Source: Perkinsus chesapeaki ATCC PRA-425 (lineage: Eukaryota; Protista; Perkinsozoa). Taken from it: DNA of 64,000 nt. Below are positions 12,788-25,410 of the stretch, piece by piece (the stretch's first letter is position 1; every line of letters starts with the position of its first letter). A program made the position numbers and the translations under genes. The stretch spans positions 17,114-81,113 of the forward strand of contig JAAPAO010000092.1 in the NCBI GenBank assembly GCA_013115145.1, in the 5' to 3' direction. The notes below the pieces were generated by a model, which was given only the letters and a program-made list of their open reading frames with translations, did no database searches and was not told the origin of the DNA.

Positions 12788-15700
12788 TTATTTATCGCCA
12801 CACGAAGGAGCAAATAACTTATTCACCAAACCTGAATACTCCTCGTTTTCTTCGGAAAATGAAATCTTGAAGCAATCAAGAATGATATACGAATGTGCTA
12901 AAATCGCCGAAGTTCTAAAGCGCACATCAGTATTATATATTAGAATAACCCTCCCCAGCCCTGCTGCTGCAGCGAGCATTCGAGCTGTAAACACTGGCGA
13001 CGTAGCAAACACACCATTGGACGACACTCACCATCAACATCGTATGGCAGCACGAAAACAGAGCCAACACCGCGGCAATTGGCGACAGGAAGGCAGAGGT
13101 AATCAGTATCTAAGGCACTCTTCAAGGGGAAAGGATACACAGATCTACAAGTGTCTCCACGGGATTAGTCTCTATCTCTGGAATAGGCGTAGTTAGATAC
13201 ACTTCATCCGTTGCACATTCGGGGTCGTTACTATCGGTGATGCCGGGCAGGCAGGTTTTCCTCGTCACATCAACCTGTCCGAAGATACCACACGGTACCG
13301 ACTCAGCCAGGACCCACCGGTCTCCAGCACTCCCGAGCACTCGGGTCTTCACGGCATATATCTCCTATAGGATCGTAAACCTGACCATCGCTGCTAGCAA
13401 TCGACACTCACCACACAAGCTCACCTCGAGGGCCCAAAGAAGCTCATTGACAAGAGCGTTGGCACCGATCGTGACACACTGAACCTTGATGCCTCCCTCC
13501 GGTATCCGGTCGGGATTGAACTGCACCCCTATCCACGCCTCAGCGGTGCCTGTCTCGAACACTTAGGCTCCTTCTATCCGACCGCTTCTTACCACAATAG
13601 TCGCACGGCGCCCACCAGGCTGTCCCTGTGCTGTCGGCATCAAAGGCATTCTGCGGAGGATTGGCGGCGGTATACCTGAGGACTTCTCCAGTGAATTGCC
13701 GCGTCCCCGGCTCCGGACCCGCTCGCAATCGCCGTGACGCCGAAAGCTGAACTAGTGGGTATGCGACTTGCCTCACTACACTCTTCCGAGCTGTAAAGAC
13801 GTATGTCGTAGACCTTCCAAAATCTAATGAGAAGCAGCCTCTCCGCCACATAACCTAGAGATGCTCACAATCGCTTCCCCAGAGGGGCAACATTTACAAT
13901 CCGCCAGCGAGTGTTCGGTGATGGCTCCGATGCGCTCTCTGTGAGGCCGGACCACACTCCACCCGATAGGAAATGGAATACTTGCACCTAAAAGGTGAAC
14001 GAAGTTGCTTCTTCCCGGCCTGTGGATTTGCCAATGTACATCAGAAATCTTTACCTCACTCTTGAGACATCCTGGCGGTCAGGATAGTTTAATTAAAGTG
14101 TTAGTAACTACATCTCTCTAAGCTCTAACCAATGAACATCTTCAAGCATCACGTCTGATGCACAGTCTCTGTCATCTCCCGAAGAATTTCAACGCAAAGA
14201 GCTCCTGTGAAGGCGTAAGCAGTTTAATCAAACGAATTATTAGATACTCCTCAATATCCCTCCGAATGCCGAATTTGGAGTCGCAAAGTTGCGCCCCGAA
14301 GTTGGCTGCTGCTGAGTTGCTCCATCTGCTGCCACCAGTGTTGCCCACCTGTAGCCATGCTTTCTCGTTCGGCTCTGATGTCTCCAAAGCAACCGTCCTC
14401 GCAACATGTCTGATATCGGCCGGCTGCAGAATACGAATGCACTTCACTTCTCGAGAGGAATCTATCAAGAGGCTCTCTCATCGCAGGAACAGTCTGATGA
14501 GGGAGGATTCGTCATAGGGGAAGAAAAATTCTGTCATGTTATGCTTTGAGAAGTTAAGCTGCTCCGCAATCCTACCACTGAGGAGCACATGTACGATGCG
14601 GTGCATACATTCCAGAATAAGATCATTGAGAAAGCGATAATAGATCCTCCAAGCGCCGCCGCCCTACTGCCGCCGCTCAAAGCCGTGAACAATATACCAA
14701 TCCATGGACTATGGTCATCACCATCAGGTTGCCAATATGTCTCGGTGTTCATGTCGAATGCTCGATACCTTAAAGAGGACGCACCATGTCACTAAATCTA
14801 CATCGCACGACTTGTTCTTGGCAAAATGTTATCGACTTTACGATTCCAGTTATCAACTGCAAGGCCAGAAGTGATGATGAAGCGTACTAGCGTAGTAACA
14901 CTTCCATCTCAACTTCTGAGGGCGCCGAAATACTCGTAATTGTATACAATATTATTTTAGTGGAAATTGATAAGTACAACTCAAATCACCTCACCAACCG
15001 CTTGAGTCATCGAGCTCACTCACCTAGCACGCTGAACAGGGTACATAAATTTCAAAAATGGATATCTTGACCAAGAGTATCAAATATTAATTTCAAGTGA
15101 CTTAACCATGTTGCATTAACATTGTGCTTTCTCGAGGTGGAATTCGTGTAGACTTATACGGCAGCGCCTTCTCATCTTTCACCAACTCCAGAGGGACGGA
15201 TAAAACAGCGGGCGTTGTTCCATTCTGCATTCAAGCGCTCAGTTCCTCATATCATCCAAAGGTGTCTACAATATGCCCCTTCAGCTCAGTAGGAATGTTC
15301 TTAAAAAGACTCATCACTCAACGGGTTCGAGTGAGTGACCGCGCACGAGTAATTGCATTTAGAGCACGCCCTGGCACGCATGCTCACTGCTGAAGTGGCT
15401 GGGATGGAACAATGCGCTGCAGGCAACCAGTCAAATAACAGTTAATATAAATCGATAACACTATAAAAGTTTGCTATAAATAAACTGTATGTTATGGACT
15501 CACGCACGCTGACAAAGAAAGAGAACTCCACGAAATTTCGGTCGAATAAAGAATACATTGTCTACAATAAGACTCGTCGACGAACTTGCAGCTGAGCTGA
15601 GACAACTTCTACAGATAGCTTCCCCACCCGAGGAAGGCCAACTCACATCCCAACACTCATTAGTTTGCATTGCAATTCTCCTATTATAGGAGAATTGCAA

Positions 15701-18700
15701 TGCAAACTAATGAGTGTCCTATTATAGGAGTCCTATATCCATTGGTTCGCACGAGCTTACCCTCCGTATCGTCCGCCACTTCTACTCGAACTCACAATAA
15801 CCGCTGGCGCTTGGGGATCTCCTCGGCCAATGAAGGAACCTTCACACTTGGAATCTCTATAAAAGGATATCTCATTAACCTATGGGAAGCAAGGGATGAT
15901 TCAGTCTAGGCAGGACAGATCGCGGACCTGCCAGAGCGCAGCTGAGGGATGGTTTGTTATATCCAACCGCCGAATTCTCCATTTACTCTGCCAACCCCAT
16001 CCTAGCATGACTCGGCCTGGCAAACGATCACAACATGAGAACGCGAAAAAGGAGCGATCGTTCCTCTATCGTAAAAGGAGCGGCCTCACGGAAGTGAGGC
16101 CGCTCCAAGCTTTTGCAAGTAACAGTGTCCATGAAAGAGACGTACTAGACACATAAATATATTTTTATACATGTATTCGATGCATACTTGAAATATGTGA
16201 CCAAATGGGAGCTTAGATGCATTCCTTCTGGGCCTTGGTGGGAGAAACGCAAAAATTTTGGATTCCCTTCGCCGCTGAACTCCGAATTCTGCTGTCCGAT
16301 AATTCCCGTCCAGCTTTTTGAGACCAGAGCTCCCACAAGAGCTCCGCCGACTATTTCAGATAAATCTTATAAGCACACGTAAATGAGGCAAACTCACTAT
16401 TATCCTGCCAGACACACTCTCCTGACGGCGCACACCAACGATGATCGTACCTACGCAAGGGAAAAGTCCTACCACTAAATACGCCTATTGAAACATTCTT
16501 ATAAGATAATGAAAGGGAAACTAGTCAACACATGGAAGTGAATTCTATGACCGAATTTCTATCTATGCAGTTATAAGTGAACTTAACCCGGAGATCGATT
16601 CTTAATCTGCGATAATTTGAGCTCACTCAGAGCGCGCTGAAATCCTCTACGCAAATTGCCAAATTTCAGTTATCTTTAGAGTGCGGGATACAATGAGTTA
16701 GCAGCGCGAACGGTCCTAGGCGCGGTAAGGCCCAAACGCGGAGCGAAGAGAAAATGAGAGGCACTCGTCACCGTGGATGCGGACCTTGCGACTCAAATTG
16801 AGCTCTCAAGCTTAGTATATACCTAGGAGTCGTGGGCTGGGACTTCGGAGCTTCGAATCTGATGCCGTAGGAATCGATAAATGGCCGACGAAAAGCAATA
16901 AAATCGAAGTCCTAGGGAGGGCTGTACTTTAATTTCTTCCCTCCAGTAGCATGGGAATTTTATAAACATTTTCTGATGAGTGCAACACACTCGTACTTGA
17001 GCCTCATTATTGTCTGCCATTGAACAACAGATCTCCACGCTACAAGGCGCTCCAGAGATAGCTCGTTCATAAGGTCCTCCACCTGTGACATGTCTGGGAC
17101 AATTACACCCGCCTTCGTGGACTCGTAGACGCGAACCTAGAAATAAGCGGCTTTAAAAAGCCCTATTAAAAGGCTTACGCATTGCACCGTGCTGTCGGTG
17201 ACCAAACCAATCCATGGAGTTTGACTTTTATCCTACAAGATAGGTGTTGATGGAAGGCGACAAGAGAGCGAGCCTACGTCAGATGGTCTCGAAGTCGGGC
17301 CTGTGCCACGAATACTATCTTCATACCTGTTGGAGGAATAATCCGAAGCTCTTGCTACCAGAGGAGGCTCCGAGGATCATCGTTTAAACCGAGGCGATAC
17401 AGTTCTCGTATTTCTCATCGAAGTTTCTATTATATCTCCTCGCGCCCTACCCCTCGTAGCACACCCCATAAATTTTTCTCTCAGACAGGGGACACTTACG
17501 ATCCAGCGTAATCGTCATAGTAAGGGAGACTTGCCAGCCATCCTGTCTCATCGTTATTATCATATACGTTATAAGGATCCTCTCGCCTCCCTGAGCCACA
17601 AAAGGGTTGTGCTTCAAAAGTGAGATCTGCCTTGAGGACGCGGCGTTCTAGTGCGAGCTAGGTGGAACCTTGTTAAAGTGATTCCCCGAGAAGTTAAGCA
17701 CATCGGTGCTGGCCTCACCAACCAAATTCTGCCAGCGTTGGAGTTCCCACACGCGCGATCTGAGACAAGTATCCGCAAACAAGGCGTTTAATGCCTACAA
17801 GACAATAGAATATCAGCCCCGATGCTGTTCAACTGGGCTAGTTCTGTTTTTTGTTTTAAATAATATCCTTCATTTGTACAATCTTTTCAACCAATCCTTC
17901 TCCTACCTAGAACACCCAGTGACGATACCGGTTCACCGTCTTGTATAGGATCTCCTCGACACTCTGGATGGATGAACCTAAGCCGACCTAAAGTCACATC
18001 CCGGAGACGGGTGAGGCTCCGAGTGAGCGGTTCATATTGAGGAAGGATATTATGCCCCTACGCTGCTACATCTCAACGGTCCATACTGTACAAAGACCCA
18101 GCATGTCAAAGCCGCACGCGTTCAAACCCCAGCCTCGGCTCTTTACACGCCATATAGTGTTATTATATCTAGGATAAACACGCATCACCTACACAGAGGT
18201 ATCAGCAAGTAGTTCTTAATATACTGTACACCTTACACCGGGGTAGGGTAGCTGCCCGCCGTAGGTGAGGCTCAGCCAGGAGCCACCACTGAGAAGATCA
18301 AAAGAGTATCTATACCATACCAACTTAAATAGTGAGCACGCTCGGCAGTGAATGCCCGCAAGTACTACGCGGTCTCCCAGCGAACAGATCCTATATATTG
18401 TACGAGCGCTCGGGAGACAGCAAGTTGAGGCCCGAAGAAGGCCCGGACACATGCGACTGTTGGCGGTGTCTCCGAGATCCAACGGAGACCTATGTACCTG
18501 ATCTCGGGTAACGACGCCTTGGTGGGGGATGGCTACGCTTCCTCCTCGTAGCATTCAGAGCATCTACTCCTCCAAGATTTCGAAGGATCGTTAGTAATGC
18601 CATCGAAGGCGTAAGTCGGTTGTCTCGACCCATCGTGGGTTGATGCAATGATGGCAATGTCCCGAACCTGCCAGCTTAATGCTAACACGCCCCAAACGGC

Positions 18701-20960
18701 TCATGCTCCCCAGGAAATGAAAATGATGTTAGAAGGGTCTTCTTCCCCTCGATTGCTTTAGCGAGTATGCAATTGTACCGGCAATTGCACAAATGCCGCG
18801 TACTGTGTGTCCGAGTTGTCCAAGCTATCTCTAGCCTTACGACAGTTTGGGACACCCAAATGGAATGGTATACGTGTTTAACAATGGGAACTGGACGAGA
18901 TATCGATCAACCGTTTCATTGCTGTATTCGGTTCGGCGCGCGCCCAGTGTGTTTTTTTTCGCATTGCAATACACAGCAATAGCAGTAGCATAGTTACTAT
19001 AATGTGCTATTAGGAATAGTAATCTACCGTACATAACAACTAAAATGCCGCAGTTGACCCTCGAGGAGGAGGAAGAGGGGCGCATCTTCATGGATGAGTA
19101 ACCCGCGATTCTACCAACCACCACCCGCGATTGTATAAAAATCGCCGCTGTACCGTCGGACCGCAGAAAGCACGAATTCCAATTTGGATTGCTAGATTGC
19201 GCACTTGCTGGATTCTGGTGGTCCCGATGCCCGAGCCTCTTACCAGCCCCTGATCTATCCGTGTTGTCAAACTATACCCTCCCTCTCGGAGCAGTGGATG
19301 GAGTGCTTGTGTACATTGTGGATCACCGTAAAGCTCCAACTCTCTGACGTCCCATTGCCGAGATATCGTCTGTAACATTGTTACTCTATAACACCACAGG
19401 TCACTCTCAGCAGCTACCTGAACTGCAGCCACCCTCCAGGAGCTCTGTGGAAGCATAGGTGACAGGACAAGACGAGTACCACCAAAGAGACCATCGTATC
19501 TAAGCTCGAAGCGTGCAGTCGACACAATATCAGCATTTAGCGCGCATCATCATGCATGATTCCCCGATTTACACGCCTCACGACTGGCTCCATGAAAGTG
19601 AAAATTATCGATTTAATCCTTTCTGTCGGTTTGAAAGGTTGCCAACTTCCTTGTACTTCCGTAATGGCCGTTCTTAACGCTTCCGAACATTATCAAGTAA
19701 TTGAAGCCCTACCAGAGCCTTGCGATTTGTAATTCTTGAATATAGTTGGTGATGAATGATATTACCACCAGTGAGATATCGACTGTCGCCCCGCGTTTAC
19801 CACTGACTGTTACCTTGCCATAGTCGACCATTCCGTCTCACCAGAGGAGTACTGCAATACCACAGATGAGGTGTAAGTGTCATCACCAGCCTGTTGTTGC
19901 ATCTTTACACATTCTATCAAAGCTGCGAAGAGTCATCATCTCCAAAAACTGTCAACCAAGATTCACCCACGAATTTCAGCATCAAAATGAAGTCCAATCC
20001 AAGCGTCGCCTCGCCCGCACTCAGCCGTCACACACTCCGCAGTCCACTCGGTCGCTGGATTCCTGCGCGCCACAAAATTATCCAAGAGCCATCGCCGAGA
20101 CTACCAATCAAAGGCTCGTGCGGGGCCATTGACAGCTTTGAAGGGGCTCGACAATGGTGTGCCGTTGACAGATAAAGTGGCTTCGAGCTCACATGAGGAG
20201 TCGAGATAAAATGCCTAATAGAGCGCGCAGTAGCTCGGTAGCTGTGGGCACATCGCACCATATCGATGATGGTCCATGGGCCCTTTACGGCGTCAACATT
20301 GGCAATCCTCCACCTTCGGCGATTTGGTGGAAAGACCCAAACCTCATTCAGTTTCAACCACACATCACCTGCCAACTCGAATTCAGTTAAGTTTCACAAG
20401 GATACCAAAGAGGTGACGAAACAGCTTACCAGTGAGAAAGTCAAAGTCCAAGACTCTCGAATACGACGTCTCGCCTTCAGGCAAGCGCTCCAGTCGCGCC
20501 TGATAGGCCGCCTCCGAAGTGTCACCGGCTTGAAGCAGCCTTATACACCTCACAATCGATGTTGGAGGAAACCTGAGTGCTGAAACCTTCACCGATCGGC
20601 AAAGTCATTCCTACCGGTATCCTATGTAGCAACTGACCATACAGGTGCTCGCTCGCCAACCTGTCGAGACGTCTCCGTCACTCGCCAACGGGGCATCGTC
20701 AAGGTTGTGAGATACCACAACATTGGAACCGGTAGAGGTCTCGTTCGGCAAGAGTGGCACCTAACAATGTGGAGTCGGTCGACCTGGAAGAACTCTTACC
20801 AGTTCCTCTCCCGAGCAATCACTATCTCCATACCAACGAAGCTCCTAATAGTGGATTCTATTCAAGACATGACCAACTGGCCAACTTACTCTAACAAACC
20901 ACTGCAGTTGGGTATCATCTGTTTTCCTAAGACGCCATGCGACCTCTGTTGGTGTGTCTG
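12788..20960 (-). CDS. Large multi-exon protein (possibly two genes) with at least 6 tandem galactose-binding/F5-8C-like modules and a C-terminal TM helix
   Basis: Recurrent motifs W-x-V-x-E/D-L/I-x-L-Y-x(3-4)-C, (P)xxAFD..W, C..C..(W/Y)IG, VxC(V/I)R and LE..W at ~20400-20930, 19800-20330, 19170-19525, 18330-18700, 17030-17250, 14170-14780 and 13400-13850. Hydrophobic ILITSAFLSPIAAVLALFSCC at ~13040-13115. The segment ~14900-16800 is unresolved. Confidence 0.65.
15653..15717. repeat. Perfect inverted repeat (32-bp arms, 1-nt loop)
   Basis: acactcattagtttgcattgcaattctcctat-t-ataggagaattgcaatgcaaactaatgagtgt, followed by a second copy of the centre (cctattataggag, 15718-15730). Confidence 0.97.
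18086..18148 (-). other. Candidate GT-AG intron containing a degenerate antisense tRNA 3' fragment
   Basis: The plus strand reads GCACGCG TTCAAAC CCCAG CCTCGGC TCTTTAC. The minus strand has GTGTAAAG...GTACAG boundaries; the exon join was not verified. Confidence 0.4.
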
Positions 20961-21411
20961 ATCCATCTTGTCCAATACAAGAGGTTATTAATAAATATAA
21001 AGTAATTCCGTGATTGAAAGGCATACCTTCATTATACCAATCACTCAGTCAACAAAGAACAAATTGACAAATCGCTACTAACTCAACCACCATTAATGAC
21101 AAGGTGTTATATATAAGAGCTCCGGTGTGTGGCCGCAATTACCATAAAAGAGGGGACAGACACTGGGTCCGAAGCAGTCTGGACGACTGAGAGAATGGAC
21201 AACAAACAAGTCTCCTATGATGGGAAATAAAACTCTTTACCCCAAAAACTACAGGATATTTCTTACTGAATAGCTCAGAAGATGTTTTAGACTCTTTTTT
21301 AATGACAGCCAGAGCGGTCCAAGGAGGTTCCAAACCATTAGCAAAATTATTGATATTCCAGCCGCTGATGGGAACAGCGCGAAAGGTCGTAAAACTATAT
21401 GATCCGACACC

Positions 21412-21873
21412 TCAGAGCTGACATTGCTTAGAGAGTGCCATGGGGTTTTTTTTAGAAAAAAGAACAACTCTCATTTTGAGCTTCACCACATCCTCGGACG
21501 CATCATACTCCATTTTACGTAAGTCCGCAGCCTTAACGACGTCATATAACCCAGTCAGACTGAAACTCTTGCCATGGTAGTTGGTCCCAATGATACCCGT
21601 ACCGTTATCATAAGCATAAGGAATGATGGGAGTAGCAAACGTTGGCAGTTCTCTAACCTTTTTAGGGAGTTGTAGCTTTTTAGTGACTTTAAATGTTAAG
21701 TGCGTAGAGTTCAGAAAGAGCAGCTCGTGGTGAACTAGTACTTTCACATTCGACCAAAGGTCAGTATTTGACCAATAGTAAGTCTTACAGTAAGCACCTT
21801 GAGGGTAGCTGACAGTCAAGTTATCCGAGATAGCAGCTGACAGTAACAACGGAAGTTTCCAGAGGCGGGACAT
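21412..21873 (-). CDS. Secreted ~150-aa protein, paralog 1 (YPxGxYC / DLRKM family), intronless
   Basis: Signal-like MSRLWKLPLLLSAA, YPQGAYC, ELLFLNSTHLTF, YDVVKAADLRKMEYDA, C-terminal KQC. Confidence 0.8.
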   Translation of the reverse strand: MSRLWKLPLLLSAAISDNLTVSYPQGAYCKTYYWSNTDLWSNVKVLVHHELLFLNSTHLTFKVTKKLQLPKKVRELPTFATPIIPYAYDNGTGIIGTNYHGKSFSLTGLYDVVKAADLRKMEYDASEDVVKLKMRVVLFSKKNPMALSKQCQL

Positions 21874-22092
21874 AATACGGGCCAAACTGTGGGTGAGTCG
21901 TTGTGCGACGCAACTTGCAATGGCGCGTCGCACCGCGCCCGCGGTACGAGCCGTTTGCTTATGAAAAGACAAGATAGTTCAATTCTGATTGCAAGGAGAT
22001 GAAGAGGCAATGGTGAGAGTCACCGCCTATCTTTCAGATAATATCGAGCCCTCCTGAGCCGGCTTGGAGCTCTCGACGTCTTCAATGAACGA

Positions 22093-22413
22093 GTGGGAGC
22101 CACGGAGACAGCAGGTGACGCTGGTTACAACATGGCTCCATATAACGAGTCCATTATGCGCGTCATCGAACATCTTTCCGCTAAAGTGGTAAATACTGAT
22201 GACTCATACACAGACCTACTATCCCGACCAATGGTCGGCGACCAAAATCTTTTTAGTTCTAACGCTTCATGGGTCACCTTGAATGCTCACTTGCGGTTCC
22301 TGGATACTCTCCAAGGCAAAGTCTTTGCCTCGAAAGCAAACTCTTCTGAAACATTCTGGACTACAACCCCAACCCCCCTCAAAGTATACCCAAATGTAAT
22401 ACGAATACCATAA
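22093..22413 (+). CDS. Hypothetical ORF
   Basis: 106-aa open frame with protein-like composition; no recognised motif. Confidence 0.25.
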   Translation: MGATETAGDAGYNMAPYNESIMRVIEHLSAKVVNTDDSYTDLLSRPMVGDQNLFSSNASWVTLNAHLRFLDTLQGKVFASKANSSETFWTTTPTPLKVYPNVIRIP

Positions 22414-22726
22414 AATGAAATAATATAACAAGTTGTTATAGTTGTTATACAAATGTGCCCTTTTCGTAGTTGCACATTCACAAGAAGTAACTTACTCAAC
22501 AAGCTGCACTAACAAGAAATCCTATATACCAAACAGTCGCCTACGATAAGTAGGATCAGGGAGAGTCTGGTAGCAGGTTTAACCTACCTGCTACGGGGTA
22601 CGTTAGAGTGTGCTCGGGGAACGGACATTCTAAAAACAAGGCCCGTGGTTTTTACGTACCCCTTCAAGGGCTCCCCTTGCTGATAGATTGAACTCACCAT
22701 TTACATGGTAAAAGTATGTTGGAAGT

Positions 22727-23200
22727 TCAGACATAACATTGTTTGAAGAATGTCGTTGGGGTCCTTCTTGAAAAAATATACGTTTTAACTCTCAGCTTTA
22801 TCTCATCCTCGACCGCATCATATTCCATTTTGCGCAAATCCGCAGCCTTAACGGTATCGAAAACCCTCGTATGCTTGATATTGTTGCCAAAGTAGTAAGT
22901 CTCGATAATACCCGTATCATTATGATAGGTATATTCAACGTTCGATGTAGAAAATACCATCGGGGCATGCTTTTTCTTACCGCTGATTTCCACCCATTTG
23001 GTGATGTTGAAATGGAAGCGCAAGGAGTCCAAGAAAAATAGCTCATAATGTATAATCTCGCGGGCAACCTTCGAAAAGACGTAATTTGACCAAATGTAAG
23101 TTTTGCAATAAGCGCCTTGAGGGTGCTTGGCTAGGCTACTAGACCTAGCATCCATGAGTAGGTATAACAATATCCAGGGCCGATATATTGTGATGAGCAT
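22727..23200 (-). CDS. Secreted protein, paralog 2
   Basis: Hydrophobic N-terminus, HPQGAYC, YELFFLDS, FDTVKAADLRKMEYDA, KQC. Confidence 0.85.
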   Translation of the reverse strand: MLITIYRPWILLYLLMDARSSSLAKHPQGAYCKTYIWSNYVFSKVAREIIHYELFFLDSLRFHFNITKWVEISGKKKHAPMVFSTSNVEYTYHNDTGIIETYYFGNNIKHTRVFDTVKAADLRKMEYDAVEDEIKLRVKTYIFSRRTPTTFFKQCYV

Positions 23201-24247
23201 GATGACGTCAACGATTCTTCAAATGATGAATGAGAATAGCTCAGGGCTCTGCTGCGCGTACCATGGCGCGTCGCAGCGCGCCTGCGGAATGAATCCTTTG
23301 CTCCGGAAAAGATACAGTTACGCGGGAGCGTTGCCGTGAAGGACGAACTACAGCAATAGGAAGCTCCCGATTGCTCTCTCGGACACGCGGAACTTGCCTG
23401 GAGCGACCCGACAGTTTCGTGGTCTTTGACAATAAGGTGGAATAGAGGGAGACAACAAGGCTTGGGGAGCCAACGGCGACTGGTGACAATCTGGAGCCAA
23501 TATAATGCAGGTCGATTAGGGAAAGTGGGCTTGATGACTGTCCACGGTGGAAAGTCCACCAAAGGACAGCATTCGGATAACTAATGGTCTAGGAAATGGA
23601 AGTCTACTTCATTAGGCCCCGTGGCTCGGAAGTCGGAGACGAACCCCGGCGGAGAATACGGCTATAATGGAACTTAACAACAAAGAAAAAATGTAACCGA
23701 TTTCTTCTGACCAAACTCTCGAGGCTCTTCCTTGAACTCACATTGAATGTGACCCACAATCACCAACCATACGATCCACTAAAATACAAGCCTTGCTTAA
23801 AAAGCTATTTTGGAAAGCACTGCTCTCTGGAACACTCCTACGGTCAGAGCCTGGAATGCAGAATACCCACTTCAGGTCCACTGCGATACAACAAACCTTA
23901 CCAACAAAAAAAACTAATTAAACAGCGAGTTAATAAAGAAGCAAGGAAATTATATTGTTGTTGCTCACTCGGTCTGAACATACACGCTATAGAATCGTTC
24001 ATGTTAGAGGCTGCTTCAACATGGCGTTGTAAAGCACAGATTCAATCTGTCAGATTGACAAATAACTATTGAACCAACAAACAGAAGTAAGAAGAAATCC
24101 AATATGTGGTGAGATCTGAAGCCATCACAGTGACAGCTTGTGAGAATAAAAACAATAGAACCATAACCCATTTGAAGAATGAACTGCAACGCCTTGTCGG
24201 AAAAGTGGATATCGTAGAAACGGAATAACGTAGAACTACACACCTTC

Positions 24248-24712
24248 TCACGACCTGAGGCCGCAGTTTTTCACCAATGATTTGCGGGTTCTTATCAAGG
24301 AAAGGGGTGTTTTCATTCTCAGCCTCACCTCATCTTTAACAGCATCATAGTGCATCTTACGCAGATCTTTCGCTTTCACGATGTCATACGTCCCACCGAT
24401 TCTCCTGAGACTTTTGCCGTCATAGCCGCTCAGTATGATATTCTTCTTGCTATCAAACGTATATGGAATACCCTCCTCGAAGAGCATCGGCGTTACTATG
24501 CTATCTGTTCTTCTGCGCGTCTTCAATATGCTAGTGACGTTAAAAGTGAAGTGTGATGAGTTCACGAAGGACATCTCGTAAAGTACTGTGCTATGGAAAC
24601 GCCCGCCCAGGCAATAACCGTCCATCATACAATAACGACCTTTAGGGTAGTTGGTCAGGCTACCATCAATAGCCCCCAATGACAAGAATAGGAATATCCA
24701 GCGACGAAGCAT
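24248..24712 (-). CDS. Secreted protein, paralog 3
   Basis: MLRRWIFLFLSLGA, YPKGRYC, YEMSFVNSSHFTF, YDIVKAKDLRKMHYDA, KNC. Confidence 0.85.
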   Translation of the reverse strand: MLRRWIFLFLSLGAIDGSLTNYPKGRYCMMDGYCLGGRFHSTVLYEMSFVNSSHFTFNVTSILKTRRRTDSIVTPMLFEEGIPYTFDSKKNIILSGYDGKSLRRIGGTYDIVKAKDLRKMHYDAVKDEVRLRMKTPLSLIRTRKSLVKNCGLRS

Positions 24713-24949
24713 AATGCCAAGTGAAGTGTGGAAAGTCGCCGAACAGTGATGGCAAGAACAAAGGGCTCTCCCGTACGCATGCACAGAAACCATGGGGCTT
24801 CACGGCGAGGCTGTCACGCCGTGGCGGTCACAATGGTGCTGTCGCACGGCCTGTTCGGTTTCGAAGAAATATCATGTTAAGATGCGAGTCCGCATCTCCA
24901 CTGTAGTCGAGAAATCCATTCAAAGAAACTCTCACGGTAGCGCTTTGTA

Positions 24950-25255
24950 TTACTCATGTTTATATTGACATCGATTGACGAAACAACAATTCACTGAAGA
25001 GGGGATGCTCGGTACCGACAACGATTTCAAGATCACCATTTTCTTACCGTGTTCTGTCGAGTGAATGATATTGAAAGTGAAGTGCGTAGAGTTTAAAAAA
25101 GAGATCTCATAATGCACTATATTACGGCAGTACGCAAGATCCGCATACTCGACCCAGTATGTGTCAACCCTGCAATATGATCCATGAGGATATTCGCTCA
25201 GGGTGCCAGCGGTAGCATCCAACATCGCCAATATGCATAACCAGGGAAGATGCAT
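24950..25255 (-). pseudogene. Secreted protein, paralog 4, 3'-truncated
   Basis: MHLPWLCILAMLDA, YPHGSYC and YEISFLNSTHFTF are present; the DLRKM half is absent. Confidence 0.7.
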
Positions 25256-25326
25256 TACGTGAAGCATTGCCAGAAATACCGCACCGGTGGACGAGCGATT
25301 GTAGACGGCTAGTCCGTACGCAAGCA

Positions 25327-25410
25327 CAAGTCCAAGTAGCCGTACGCATGCGCAAGTCCAAGTAGCCGCACGCATACACAGTGCTTGGGGGTCTCAAGAG
25401 ACCCCCAAGC
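25327..25410. repeat. 23-nt direct repeat x2 followed by a perfect 13-bp hairpin
   Basis: caagtccaagtagccgYacgcat at 25327 and 25353; gcttgggggtctc-aa-gagacccccaagc at 25383-25410. Confidence 0.9.

Noticed and set aside
22570-22594. 9-bp hairpin gtagcaggt/acctgctac as a terminator
   Set aside because: Short, in a eukaryotic context, and plausible by chance.
23615-23655. tRNA-like GGGGTTCGTCTCCG on the minus strand
   Set aside because: Non-canonical T-loop, poor stem, and no intron context.
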